A stretch of 64,000 nucleotides of DNA, taken from assembly GCA_015064785.1 (NCBI GenBank), contig SVRM01000005.1, positions 362-64,361 of the forward strand, in the 5' to 3' direction. The DNA comes from Oscillospiraceae bacterium. Lineage in GTDB: Bacteria; Bacillota; Clostridia; Oscillospirales; CAG-272. The position numbers were made by a program, and so were the translations under genes. Each line of letters opens with the position of its first letter. The stretch's first letter is position 1. Below are positions 1 through 8,157 of this stretch, in pieces. A model generated the notes under the pieces. The model ran no database searches, had not been told where the DNA came from, and was given only the letters and a program-made list of their open reading frames with translations.

Positions 1-665
1 TTTTCGAGGGTGGAATCGAGCAGCGGGATATCGCCGAAGTAGGTCTTGATTTCAGCCGCGGTTTCAATGCCGAGTGCACGGATGAGAACCGTTGCGGGAA
101 TCTTTCTGTTCTTATCGATACGGACAAACAAAATGTCATTTGCGTCCGTTTCGTATTCCAGCCATGCGCCGCGGTACGGAATGATCTGTGCCGTGTAGAT
201 GCGCTTGCCGGTCTTATCGAGCATGGTATCGAAATAGACACCGGGGGAACGAACGATCTGCGAAACAATGACACGTTCCGCACCATTGATGATAAAGGTA
301 CCGTTTTCGGTCATTAACGGGAAATCGCCCATAAAGATTTCCTGTTCCTTGACCTCACCGGTCAGACGGTTGGTCAGTCGGACCTTGACACGCAGAGGAG
401 CAGCGAAGTTGACATCGCGTTCCTTACATTCCTCCACCGGATACTTCGGTGTCGGATCGATCGAAAAATCGACGAATTCGATGATCAGGTTGCCCGAATA
501 GTCCGTAATCGGAGATACGTCGCGCAGAACCTCCATCAGACCTTCATCAATAAAGTTCTGATAAGACTTCTTCTGAACCTCGATAAGGTTCGGCATTTCG
601 AGCGCTTCGTAGATCTTCTGGAAACTCATGCGGACATTCTTGCCAAGCTGTCGGGGTTTGACCAT
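1..665 (-). CDS. rpoB: DNA-directed RNA polymerase subunit beta, N-terminal part (gene continues past the left edge)
   Basis: The minus-strand frame is open to the window edge, so it is absent from the ORF track. My translation from the ATG at 665 reads [53 protein letters not shown]...[34 protein letters not shown], a canonical RpoB N-terminus. An in-frame GTG at 671 is an alternative start. Confidence 0.93.
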   Translation of the reverse strand, partial: MVKPRQLGKNVRMSFQKIYEALEMPNLIEVQKKSYQNFIDEGLMEVLRDVSPITDYSGNLIIEFVDFSIDPTPKYPVEECKERDVNFAAPLRVKVRLTNRLTGEVKEQEIFMGDFPLMTENGTFIINGAERVIVSQIVRSPGVYFDTMLDKTGKRIYTAQIIPYRGAWLEYETDANDILFVRIDKNRKIPATVLIRALGIETAAEIKTYFGDIPLLDSTLE

Positions 666-846
666 AGACACAATCACTCCATTCTAAAAAATTGTTCCGC
701 CGGATTGCGAGGAATATTTGTAAAATCAGTACAATTTCCACACAGCAAAAACGGAATCGGATGTGCAATAAAGAGATTTTGAGCAGAATGCAAAAATTTG
801 TGTTCTTTCTCAAAAAGCATAATACGCCAGTATAATGCAGTATAAT

Positions 847-875
847 ATTATAGCACAAACTCTCTTGATTGTCAA
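847..875 (-). promoter_or_regulatory. Candidate sigma-A promoter for rpoB
   Basis: On the minus strand: TTGACA (875-870), a 17-nt spacer, then TATAAT (852-847). This leaves a leader of roughly 175 nt before the rpoB ATG. Confidence 0.55.
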
Positions 876-978
876 GTACCATCCGAGAAATTTTTCCAAA
901 GTTTTTTATTCCGAAATTTCTGTTTTCCGACAGCTTCCGACAGGACAGTCACCGCACGGACCGCAGACCGCACAGAAC

Positions 979-1012
979 AAAAAAGCGGAGACCGCAGATG
1001 CCGTCATCTGCA
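979..1012 (-). terminator. Candidate intrinsic terminator of the upstream solute-binding lipoprotein gene
   Basis: The minus strand reads GCAGATG-ACGG-CATCTGC, then GCGG-TCT-CCGC, followed by a run of six T. It lies just after the stop at 1040. Confidence 0.45.
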
Positions 1013-1039
1013 GTCCCCACGGGAATGTATGCTGTTGGA

Positions 1040-2518
1040 TCAATCCTCGTATGCTTCATAAAGCGCATCGAGATCTTTCTGAATGGTCTTTTCCTGCTTT
1101 GCGAAATGGCTCGCAAGACCTTTTGCATTATTGTTGTAATATGCATAGCTTGTGAGATAGTCGGAAACGCCGGACAGATTGCCGTAGAATGCATCCGCAA
1201 AGTCAAAATATGCCGCCTGCTGAATGATGTCAAGCATTTCTGCGGTATCGCTGTCACGGGTATACTTGTCCTTGAGCGCGACGTTAAAATAAGTCGGGAT
1301 GATTTCGTTGTAGCCAATGCAGGACAACGCTTCCAGAACGAGCGACGACTGATCGGGGTCTGCCGCCGTGATCGGAACCGATGCTACGGTAAAGCGGCGC
1401 AGAATCGAGCAGACATAGTCCTTCTGTGCCTCATCGTACTTCGGATACGGAAGAATACCGAAATCTTCTTCCATATCACGCAGCCATTCGACACCCTTGA
1501 GGACAACGCCGACCATCGCGGAACGACCGACCTCCAGCTCATAGACAACGGCATTGTCACTGTGCGCAAAGCCCTCCGGTGCCTTTTCGCGGTCAAGGAA
1601 GTACGGACTGCGAATCAGCTCCCAGACCTTGTCATAAACCTCAATATGCCGTTCCTTGGGGAAATCAATGATGTAAGTACCGTCGTCCTGCTTTGCCATG
1701 ATCGCGGTCTGCGTGGAATAGGTCAGCGGGTTGATGGAGTTGCCGTAGGCCGTAAAGCCGCGCAAGTCATTTTCGTCGATCACACTGTCGCCGTTGAGAT
1801 CGGCAGAGAAGGATTCGACCAGCCCAAGGAATGCATCCAGCGTCCATTTTCCGTCGCGGACAAGCTGATACGGATATTCGATATCATAGTCGTTGAACAG
1901 TCCCGCATGGAACAAAATGACATTGGTTTCCGTCAGTGTTGTCAGTGCATAGTCACCCGATACGGAATACAGATGTCCGTTGATGGTGGCATTGTCATGA
2001 TAACCGTCCTTCCAGTACGGCTTGGAATAATCGATGTATTTTGCATCAGCCAGATCAAGATAAATGTTCTCCGTTGCCAAAGGAAGAACGATATTCGACT
2101 GTCCGGTGATGATATCAAAGGTGCTGTCGCCGGCAAGCACGGTATTGGTAATCAGACCCTTATATTCTGCCTGGGTTGCCCACAGTCCGGGGCGTCCCAT
2201 ATAATCGAGTGTCAGATTGAAACGTTCGCTGATGGCACGGTTGCGGTCATAAACAGCATCGTCCACAGGTTCGCCCGTCTGCTCGGTATCAAACTCGTAC
2301 GCGACCTCCTCACGGTACAGAATCGTCACGCTGTCGCCCTCATAATCCATTTCCGGAAGAGCATCGTTGACGCGGTTGTCATCCACCACCGTCTCCGCCG
2401 TCTTTTCGGTCACAGCCGCCGTGGTATCGGCAGTTGTATCACCGCCGCCGCACGATGCAGTCGCCGCCGCTGCTGCCAGAAGCAAAACCCATGCAAGAGC
2501 ACGTTTGGTTAATTTCAT
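1040..2518 (-). CDS. Extracellular solute-binding lipoprotein (ABC-type SBP family 1-like), orphan
   Basis: 492 aa. Signal peptide plus lipobox (LLLAAAAATASCGG). Size and sequence are typical of sugar-type SBPs. The C-terminal half is paralogous to the partial ORF at 63216-64000 (ILPYPK.DEAQ, ..NGD...D.ND.RGF). RBS AAAGGATGGA precedes the ATG. No permease or ATPase genes are adjacent. Confidence 0.85.
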   Translation of the reverse strand: MKLTKRALAWVLLLAAAAATASCGGGDTTADTTAAVTEKTAETVVDDNRVNDALPEMDYEGDSVTILYREEVAYEFDTEQTGEPVDDAVYDRNRAISERFNLTLDYMGRPGLWATQAEYKGLITNTVLAGDSTFDIITGQSNIVLPLATENIYLDLADAKYIDYSKPYWKDGYHDNATINGHLYSVSGDYALTTLTETNVILFHAGLFNDYDIEYPYQLVRDGKWTLDAFLGLVESFSADLNGDSVIDENDLRGFTAYGNSINPLTYSTQTAIMAKQDDGTYIIDFPKERHIEVYDKVWELIRSPYFLDREKAPEGFAHSDNAVVYELEVGRSAMVGVVLKGVEWLRDMEEDFGILPYPKYDEAQKDYVCSILRRFTVASVPITAADPDQSSLVLEALSCIGYNEIIPTYFNVALKDKYTRDSDTAEMLDIIQQAAYFDFADAFYGNLSGVSDYLTSYAYYNNNAKGLASHFAKQEKTIQKDLDALYEAYED

Positions 2519-2554
2519 AAATCATCCATCCTTTTCGTTTTTGTATTTATACAC

Positions 2555-2583
2555 ATTATATCACAGCTTCCATCATCTGTCAA
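2555..2583 (-). promoter_or_regulatory. Candidate sigma-A promoter of the SBP gene
   Basis: On the minus strand: TTGACA (2583-2578), a 17-nt spacer, then TATAAT (2560-2555). It lies about 35 nt upstream of the start codon. Confidence 0.6.
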
Positions 2584-2639
2584 TCATGAAATTTTTTCCG
2601 CTCATAGATCACCGGACAGCCGCAGATACTGATAAAAAA

Positions 2640-2861
2640 TAGGCAATTGCAAAATTGCCTACCTTCATCGCCCAAAGGGCGATATATAAACAAATTGCGT
2701 CGCTTGGGCGGGTTTCCCGCCCAAAAAGACTCCTTCAAAGCGACCAAAGGGATGCCACCCGAAGAAATGCTGTGCATTTCTTCAGAAGTTGCTGTGCAAC
2801 TTCGCGGTCTTTGCGTCAGACCGAGGAAACCGATTGCAAAATGCAATTTTGCAATCGATTA
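2640..2861 (+). mobile_element. MITE-like hairpin-module repeat, copy A (about 222 nt)
   Basis: It shares a 113-nt 5' block (one mismatch by eye) and a roughly 35-nt 3' block with the inverted copy at 36704-36875. It is flanked by a perfect 12-nt direct repeat, ACTGATAAAAAA (2628-2639 and 2862-2873). The 13-nt core ATTGCAAAATTGC occurs near both ends in inverted orientation. The body is a chain of perfect hairpins (AGGCAATT-GCAA-AATTGCCT, ATCGCCC-AAA-GGGCGAT, TTGGGCGGG-TTT-CCCGCCCAA, CGATTGCAAAAT-GCA-ATTTTGCAATCG). No coding capacity. Confidence 0.7.
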
Positions 2862-2889
2862 ACTGATAAAAAACGAAAGGAATTCCGCT

Positions 2890-4308
2890 ATGCCGCCCAC
2901 ACATCTGCCCGATACCTATGCCCAATCAAAGGAAGCACTCGATGCCCTGTTTTCCTATCCCGACAATTTCGGGATTGTCCGGCGTGAGCTGACCGTCGGC
3001 GGCCGGCCTGCCGTTCTGTACTATGCCGAGGCGCTGTGCGATACCGCTGTGACCGAACGTGTTCTCGCCTTCTGCAAGGACAGCACCGACACCGCGCCCA
3101 AAGAAACCGCCGAAGCCTTCTGCGCCCAATCCATTTCCTATGCCGAAACGGAGATTTCCGATGACCCGTGTATCCTTCATGCCGGATGCATGACCGGATG
3201 TCTGCTGCTTCTGCATTCCGCCTATCCGTCTCGCGGGCTTCTGATCAAAGCAAGAAACATCCCCTCCCGCAGTCTCGAGGAGCCGGAACACGACAAGGTT
3301 CTGCGCGGTGCCCATGTCGGCTTTGTCGAGGTTCTGCCGCGCAACTGTGCCATGATCCGACGCCAGCTGCCGACACCGTCGCTTGTTATGAAGAATATTC
3401 CCGTCGGATCCGCATCCCGGACCAATGTTGTGCTGTGTTATCTGCGCGGACGAGCAGATGAAGCGTATCTCTCGTATCTGGAAAAAAAGCTGTCGGAAAT
3501 CCATACCGACAATCTGTGCATGGGAACGCAGAGTCTGGCAGAATGCCTTGTCAAACGGCGCGTCTGGAATCCGTTTCCGCGCTTCCGTTACACCGAACGT
3601 CCCGATGCCGCCGCCGCGTCGCTGTGCGAGGGCAGTATCCTTGTTCTGGTCGACGGCGCACCGCAGGCCATGATTCTGCCGGTCTCGGTCTTTTCCTTTT
3701 TGCAGGAAACCAACGATTTTTATCTGGCACCCCTTACCGCCACGTATCTGCGGATCGTGCGCCTGCTCAGTTACCTGCTCTCGCTGTATCTGACACCGCT
3801 GTGGTATGCCATTGTCACAGATACACCGCCGCTGCCGGGCTGGCTGTCGTTCCTGTCACAGACAGAGGAGGCGCGCGTCCCCATCCTCGTTCAGTTTCTG
3901 CTGATCGAGGTCGCCGTCGATATGCTGAAGCTCGCTTCCATGAACACACCGAATGCACTGTCCAATTCCCTCTCCGTCATCGGCGGTCTGATTCTCGGCG
4001 AGTTTGCAATCGAGGTCGGATGGTTCATGCCCGAAACCATTCTGTATATGGCAATCGTCTCCATCACACATTTCACCCAGCACAATTATGAGCTGGGCTA
4101 CGCCTTCAAATACGTCCGCATCGCCATGCTCTGTCTGACTGCCCTCTGCGGCTGGTGGGGCATTCTGCTCGGAACCGCTCTGCTGGTCATTCTGCTGATC
4201 ACCGCACCGACACCGGAGGACAAACAGCGGTATTTCTATCCGCTCATTCCCTTCGACGGTCCGGCTCTGGCATCGCTGTTCATCCGCCGCAGAAAGGAGC
4301 TGCCATAG
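2890..4308 (+). CDS. Spore germination protein, GerA family (GerxA/SpoVAF-like A subunit)
   Basis: 472 aa. Soluble N-terminal domain followed by a polytopic C-terminus. GerA-family stretches are present (LVLVDGAPQAMILPVSVFSFLQETNDFYLAPLTATYLRIVRLL). RBS GAAAGGAA precedes the ATG. Confidence 0.85.
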   Translation: MPPTHLPDTYAQSKEALDALFSYPDNFGIVRRELTVGGRPAVLYYAEALCDTAVTERVLAFCKDSTDTAPKETAEAFCAQSISYAETEISDDPCILHAGCMTGCLLLLHSAYPSRGLLIKARNIPSRSLEEPEHDKVLRGAHVGFVEVLPRNCAMIRRQLPTPSLVMKNIPVGSASRTNVVLCYLRGRADEAYLSYLEKKLSEIHTDNLCMGTQSLAECLVKRRVWNPFPRFRYTERPDAAAASLCEGSILVLVDGAPQAMILPVSVFSFLQETNDFYLAPLTATYLRIVRLLSYLLSLYLTPLWYAIVTDTPPLPGWLSFLSQTEEARVPILVQFLLIEVAVDMLKLASMNTPNALSNSLSVIGGLILGEFAIEVGWFMPETILYMAIVSITHFTQHNYELGYAFKYVRIAMLCLTALCGWWGILLGTALLVILLITAPTPEDKQRYFYPLIPFDGPALASLFIRRRKELP

Positions 4309-4310
4309 TC

Positions 4311-5492
4311 TCACCGCACATCCCGGCAGATGCCCTGCATTGCACGGTAGAACCGCTCGGTATCGCGCACCGCCGATCCCCATCCGACACTGACACGCAC
4401 CGTTCCTTCTTCGCTCGTTCCGAATGCGCGGTGCGGAAGCGGTGTACAGTGAAAGCCCGCACGGACGCAAATGCCCTCCGCCGCAAGCAGCTCGGCACAC
4501 CGGGTACACGGCATGTTCCGGACATTGAATGACAGCACGCACCCCCGCGCAATGCCGCCTCGATAAACCGTCACACCGGGCAGACCGTCCAGCATTTCCA
4601 GCAGTCGGCGATACAGCATGTGGCAATTCTCCCGGATTTCACCGATGCCGACCCGTCCGATATCATCGATGCCCGCGCGCAGTCCGGCAATGGCAGGTAC
4701 GGACAGCGTTCCTGCCTCCAGCGCCTCCGGCAGAAAATCCGGCATTTCCGGTGACAGCGATGCCACGCCGTTTCCGCCCTGAATCCCGGCAGCAGGAATC
4801 TGTGCCTGTTCTCCGATCAGCAGAAGACCGCTTCCCTGCGGACCGAGCAATGCCTTGTGTCCTGCCGTACACAGATAATCGATGCCATCCCGCGACATGT
4901 CAATGTCATAAACACCGGCGCTCTGTGATGCATCGACCAGAAACGGAATACGCGCCGCACGGCACAGCGCACCGATTCCGCGGATCGGAAGTACCGCACC
5001 GCAGACATTCGATGCATGACATGCGCAGACCAGTGCCGTATCCCGCGTCAGACGCGCACGGATCCCGGAAACGATCTCCTCATCCGACAGCATCCCATCG
5101 CCGCCGCCGAACACCGGGTACACATCCACTGCCACCCCGGCAGACTGCTGCAAGCAGTACAGCGGGCGAATGACGGCGTTGTGTTCCAGCTCGGAAATCA
5201 AGACCCGCTTTCCCCCCAGCGCAAGTCCGTGCAGAACCGCATTGACGGCATATGTCGCATTCGGATAAAACAGCACATTTTCCGGTGCATCGGAGCCGAA
5301 GAATTCCGCCGCCGTACACCTTGCACCGTAAACCAGCGATGATGCGCGCATGGCCAGCATATGTCCGGCACGACCCGGATTTCCGCCCGCTTCCGTCATG
5401 GCACGCAGCATCGCCGCACCGACAGCGCGGGGCTTCGGCCAGCTCGTCGCCGCGTGATCCAGATAAACCAATTCCAAACCGAATACCTCCAT
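4311..5492 (-). CDS. Class V aminotransferase / cysteine desulfurase family protein
   Basis: 393 aa. N-terminal YLDHAATSWPKP and a PLP-lysine context (CTAGHKALLGPQGSGLL) typical of the NifS/CsdA/SufS-like fold. Confidence 0.85.
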   Translation of the reverse strand: MEVFGLELVYLDHAATSWPKPRAVGAAMLRAMTEAGGNPGRAGHMLAMRASSLVYGARCTAAEFFGSDAPENVLFYPNATYAVNAVLHGLALGGKRVLISELEHNAVIRPLYCLQQSAGVAVDVYPVFGGGDGMLSDEEIVSGIRARLTRDTALVCACHASNVCGAVLPIRGIGALCRAARIPFLVDASQSAGVYDIDMSRDGIDYLCTAGHKALLGPQGSGLLLIGEQAQIPAAGIQGGNGVASLSPEMPDFLPEALEAGTLSVPAIAGLRAGIDDIGRVGIGEIRENCHMLYRRLLEMLDGLPGVTVYRGGIARGCVLSFNVRNMPCTRCAELLAAEGICVRAGFHCTPLPHRAFGTSEEGTVRVSVGWGSAVRDTERFYRAMQGICRDVR

Positions 5493-5549
5493 CCTCGTTC
5501 CAAACGGGGCTGCTGCAAGTGAAAAACACGCAGCAACCCCCGATCATTC

Positions 5550-5792
5550 CTACAACATCGGCAGCTCATCCGTCAGGATTTCGGTATAGCGGACATGCGA
5601 TTTTTGCAGAATCTGCCGGACCGCGGGAACAGTATAACCGCCGCCGACAATTTCCAGCGCAAAGGCACAGCCGCCGCGGGACACACGCGGATCCAGCCGC
5701 ACCAGTTTTACCGGTACACCGTTTGCTCGCAGAACAGCCATGCCCTTTTCCCCGTAGGTGACGGAGCCGATGGCAATCCGAATCCTTGTCAT
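5550..5792 (-). CDS. DUF3343-like small protein (putative S/Se carrier-like)
   Basis: 80 aa. It resembles DUF3343 proteins from memory in size, in the RANGVPVKLV motif and in the GCAFALE motif. It lies directly upstream of, and co-oriented with, the aminotransferase. Confidence 0.55.
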   Translation of the reverse strand: MTRIRIAIGSVTYGEKGMAVLRANGVPVKLVRLDPRVSRGGCAFALEIVGGGYTVPAVRQILQKSHVRYTEILTDELPML

Positions 5793-5827
5793 ACGCCACT
5801 CTCAGAAAGAACAGAATTATTTACGGC

Positions 5828-5863
5828 AAAAAAAACGCCGCACTACAGTATATGCAGTGCGGC
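5828..5863 (-). terminator. Intrinsic terminator after the serine hydrolase gene
   Basis: On the minus strand an 8-bp stem (GCCGCACT/AGTGCGGC) is followed by a run of eight T. It lies 9 nt after the stop at 5872. Confidence 0.6.
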
Positions 5864-5871
5864 ACGTTTGG

Positions 5872-7308
5872 TCAGAAATTTTTCTTCTGATCTTCTATGG
5901 CATCATAGAAGGTTTTGTGCAGTTTTTCAATCTCAGAGACAAGCGAGCGGATGTATTCGTTCAGATCATCGTCGTTGACTGAGAAGTCAAAATTGGTCAT
6001 CACACAGACAGCAAACGGTGCATCGCCGTATACCAGCGCCATATCGTGATACGAATCGGCATCCCATCCGTATTTGTGCGCAACAGCATACGGATTGGAA
6101 ACCGCCTGCGTTATCAGGACCTGATGATTGGCGCTCTTCATCAGATTGATCAGAACACCGCCCTCGGTCGGATATTCCTTTGCAAAATCGTAAATCGCGG
6201 CAAGATAGAGGCACGCCTCGTCTGCGGTCATATTGTTGAAGGAGGTAAAGACCGACTTCACACCGAGCTGTCTCGATACCGTCCAGAAATAATCGTATCC
6301 GAATTCATTGCGCAGAATCCGGAATGCGGTGTTGTCGGAAACCTTGATCGCATATTCGATCAGCTCAAGCACGGTAAATTCCTTGCCCGCACCGGACAAA
6401 TCCATATCCTTGATTTTTCCGGAGCCTTTCTCCACCATCGATTCCGTCACGGTAATCTTGCGCCCAAGATCGTATTTGTCCCAGATTTCCTGCGTCAGTG
6501 TCTTTCCTTTCGCAGGATCGTTGGTCGGATTTGCCGCTTTGATTTCATTGTACTGCGCAATCTGATGCAGCAGCGTGTAAATATACGGCGCCTTGATCAG
6601 ACTTGCGGAAAAGAAAACAGTGTCGCCGTGATAGGAATACGCCGTCCCGCGCTCCATATCCCGGTAGGAAACGGCAATCACCGGGAATTTGTATCCCATC
6701 GCTTCATAATCAATTTCCTTTTCCAGCGCCGCGCCGTTTTCGTCCAGCGGAGAATTGGCCTGCGCCCGGTACAGAATCTCGGTATCCTCATCGAATTCCA
6801 CGTCCTCCAGCAGCATCAGCTCTCCCTCCGGATTGACAATGTACGGAGAATGCTCCATGCTTTGCTCCAGCGCGTCAATCACCGCAAGCTGTTCGTTCAG
6901 ATCAAAGGTATAGTTCAGCGATTCCGGATCTGCCGGCGTCAGATCGCCCGGATTGAACAGGCTGTCGAGGTCAATCGGCGCCTCCGGCAGACGCTCTGTT
7001 TCTGCCTCCGTCATCGCCTGCTTCAGATCATTCAGCTCATTGCGGAGTGCATCCGCCTGCTGTTCCAGATAGGCATTTTCGCGCCGCAGATCCGCAAGCT
7101 CCGAGGTATCGTATGTCACAGCCTCGGTCTGCGCATCGTCGGTCTGCTCCGTTTCACCGGACGGCAGCACCGGATCAGCGCCTGTCGGATGCGTATCTCT
7201 GCCCGACAGATACAGCGCCGCAAAACCGGCTGCCAGTAAAATAGACAGCGCCGTCACCGCAGCAAGCGTCGCAAAGATGATCTTCCATTCTTTTCTTAGT
7301 TCATTCAT
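5872..7308 (-). CDS. Membrane-anchored serine hydrolase, class A beta-lactamase-like fold
   Basis: 478 aa. N-terminal TM helix, a coiled-coil-like segment, then SxxK (SASLIK), SDN (VSDNTAF) and an HKYGW triad-like motif. Confidence 0.75.
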   Translation of the reverse strand: MNELRKEWKIIFATLAAVTALSILLAAGFAALYLSGRDTHPTGADPVLPSGETEQTDDAQTEAVTYDTSELADLRRENAYLEQQADALRNELNDLKQAMTEAETERLPEAPIDLDSLFNPGDLTPADPESLNYTFDLNEQLAVIDALEQSMEHSPYIVNPEGELMLLEDVEFDEDTEILYRAQANSPLDENGAALEKEIDYEAMGYKFPVIAVSYRDMERGTAYSYHGDTVFFSASLIKAPYIYTLLHQIAQYNEIKAANPTNDPAKGKTLTQEIWDKYDLGRKITVTESMVEKGSGKIKDMDLSGAGKEFTVLELIEYAIKVSDNTAFRILRNEFGYDYFWTVSRQLGVKSVFTSFNNMTADEACLYLAAIYDFAKEYPTEGGVLINLMKSANHQVLITQAVSNPYAVAHKYGWDADSYHDMALVYGDAPFAVCVMTNFDFSVNDDDLNEYIRSLVSEIEKLHKTFYDAIEDQKKNF

Positions 7309-7356
7309 CGTTTTATCCGTTCAGCGGATAGACGTCCATCGGCATCCGCATCATTT

Positions 7357-7848
7357 TCAATATCCTCGTTTTCTGTGTCCGCGTCCCCGCTCAGCCGACC
7401 CGCGCAAAGCGCCGAGCCGCTCCTCACTCGCCACTCTGAACCGGCGCAGCATTTCCTCAAAATCTCCGTCGGCGGTGTGCGCCGGGGACTGTGTTCCCGC
7501 CGGCATATGTCTGCAATCCAACGTCGTTTTATGCTCACCCCGTACAGTACCGCCCCGGTACCGTGTCCCGGACAAGGCCGCGCGTTCGGCTGCCTGTGCC
7601 TCCTCTGACATTGCCTGTCTGCGGGAGAGGGCGATTCTGCCGCGTTCATCGACGGACAGAATCTTTGCCGTGCATGTGTCACCAACCGAGAGGACATCCG
7701 CAATGTCCTTCACATATCCTGCGGACACCTCGGAGATGTGAATCATCCCGCTGACCGCGCATCCGTCCGTTTCCAGTGAAACAAATGCGCCGTATGCGGC
7801 AATGCGCGTGACCTGACAAACACAGCATGTTCCGATTTCGATTGCCAT
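7357..7848 (-). CDS. yabR: S1 RNA-binding domain protein (YabR-like)
   Basis: 163 aa. The S1 fold signature (AYGAFVSL...GMIHISEVSAGYVKDIADVLSVGDTCTAKILSVDERGRIALS) is present. The position after divIC matches the Bacillus yabO-yabP-yabQ-divIC-yabR block. RBS AAGGAG. Confidence 0.8.
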   Translation of the reverse strand: MAIEIGTCCVCQVTRIAAYGAFVSLETDGCAVSGMIHISEVSAGYVKDIADVLSVGDTCTAKILSVDERGRIALSRRQAMSEEAQAAERAALSGTRYRGGTVRGEHKTTLDCRHMPAGTQSPAHTADGDFEEMLRRFRVASEERLGALRGSAERGRGHRKRGY

Positions 7849-7857
7849 CAGACTCCT

Positions 7858-8157
7858 TTAGTTGGACAGATCATTGTAAAAAATGATATCGTCCGGCATA
7901 CTGAAATTCAATTTGCTTTTTGCAATTTTCCGGATGTACGTATAATCAATCGGCGTGGCAAGCTCCCGGTTGAGCGCTTCGATCTGCGCCTGATAATACG
8001 CAATCTGTTCTTCGGTTACGGCAATTTCTTCCTTGTATTCCGTGATCTGACCATAGAGCTGAAAGATGGTGATGGCACAGAATCCGACGAAGACGAACAA
8101 TGCGACCTTCGTGAAGAAACTGGTTTTTTTCTTTGGCTGTTTCTGTTTCTTTGCCAT
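7858..8157 (-). CDS. divIC: Septum formation initiator DivIC/FtsB family
   Basis: Internal ATG (8157) of track ORF 7858-8430, preceded by RBS AAAGGAAC. The 99-aa product has a basic N-terminus, one TM helix (FFTKVALFVFVGFCAITIF) and a coiled coil (EEIAVTEEQIAYYQAQIEALNRELA). Confidence 0.8.
   Translation of the reverse strand: MAKKQKQPKKKTSFFTKVALFVFVGFCAITIFQLYGQITEYKEEIAVTEEQIAYYQAQIEALNRELATPIDYTYIRKIAKSKLNFSMPDDIIFYNDLSN

Noticed and set aside
869-2512. 547-aa plus-strand ORF antisense to the SBP gene. Similar long antisense ORFs occur at 6046-7239, 11587-12975, 13309-14565, 18769-20061, 23320-24588, 40481-42181, 46676-48484, 48755-50206, 57670-58962, 59422-60504 and 61874-63445.
   Set aside because: Each lies entirely opposite a gene with a clear family assignment. 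Their composition is Arg/Cys/His-rich with low-complexity stretches typical of shadow frames in GC-rich DNA, and they lack convincing RBS sequences. I treated them as non-coding.
2580-2846. Track ORFs across the repeat element (2580-2846, 2647-2862, 2655-2987 and 36585-36935) that share the peptide WAGNPPKRRNLFIYRPLGDEGRQFCNC.
   Set aside because: The shared peptide is simply the translation of the duplicated non-coding element. There is no RBS, the frames differ in extent between the copies, and the sequence is a chain of perfect hairpins.
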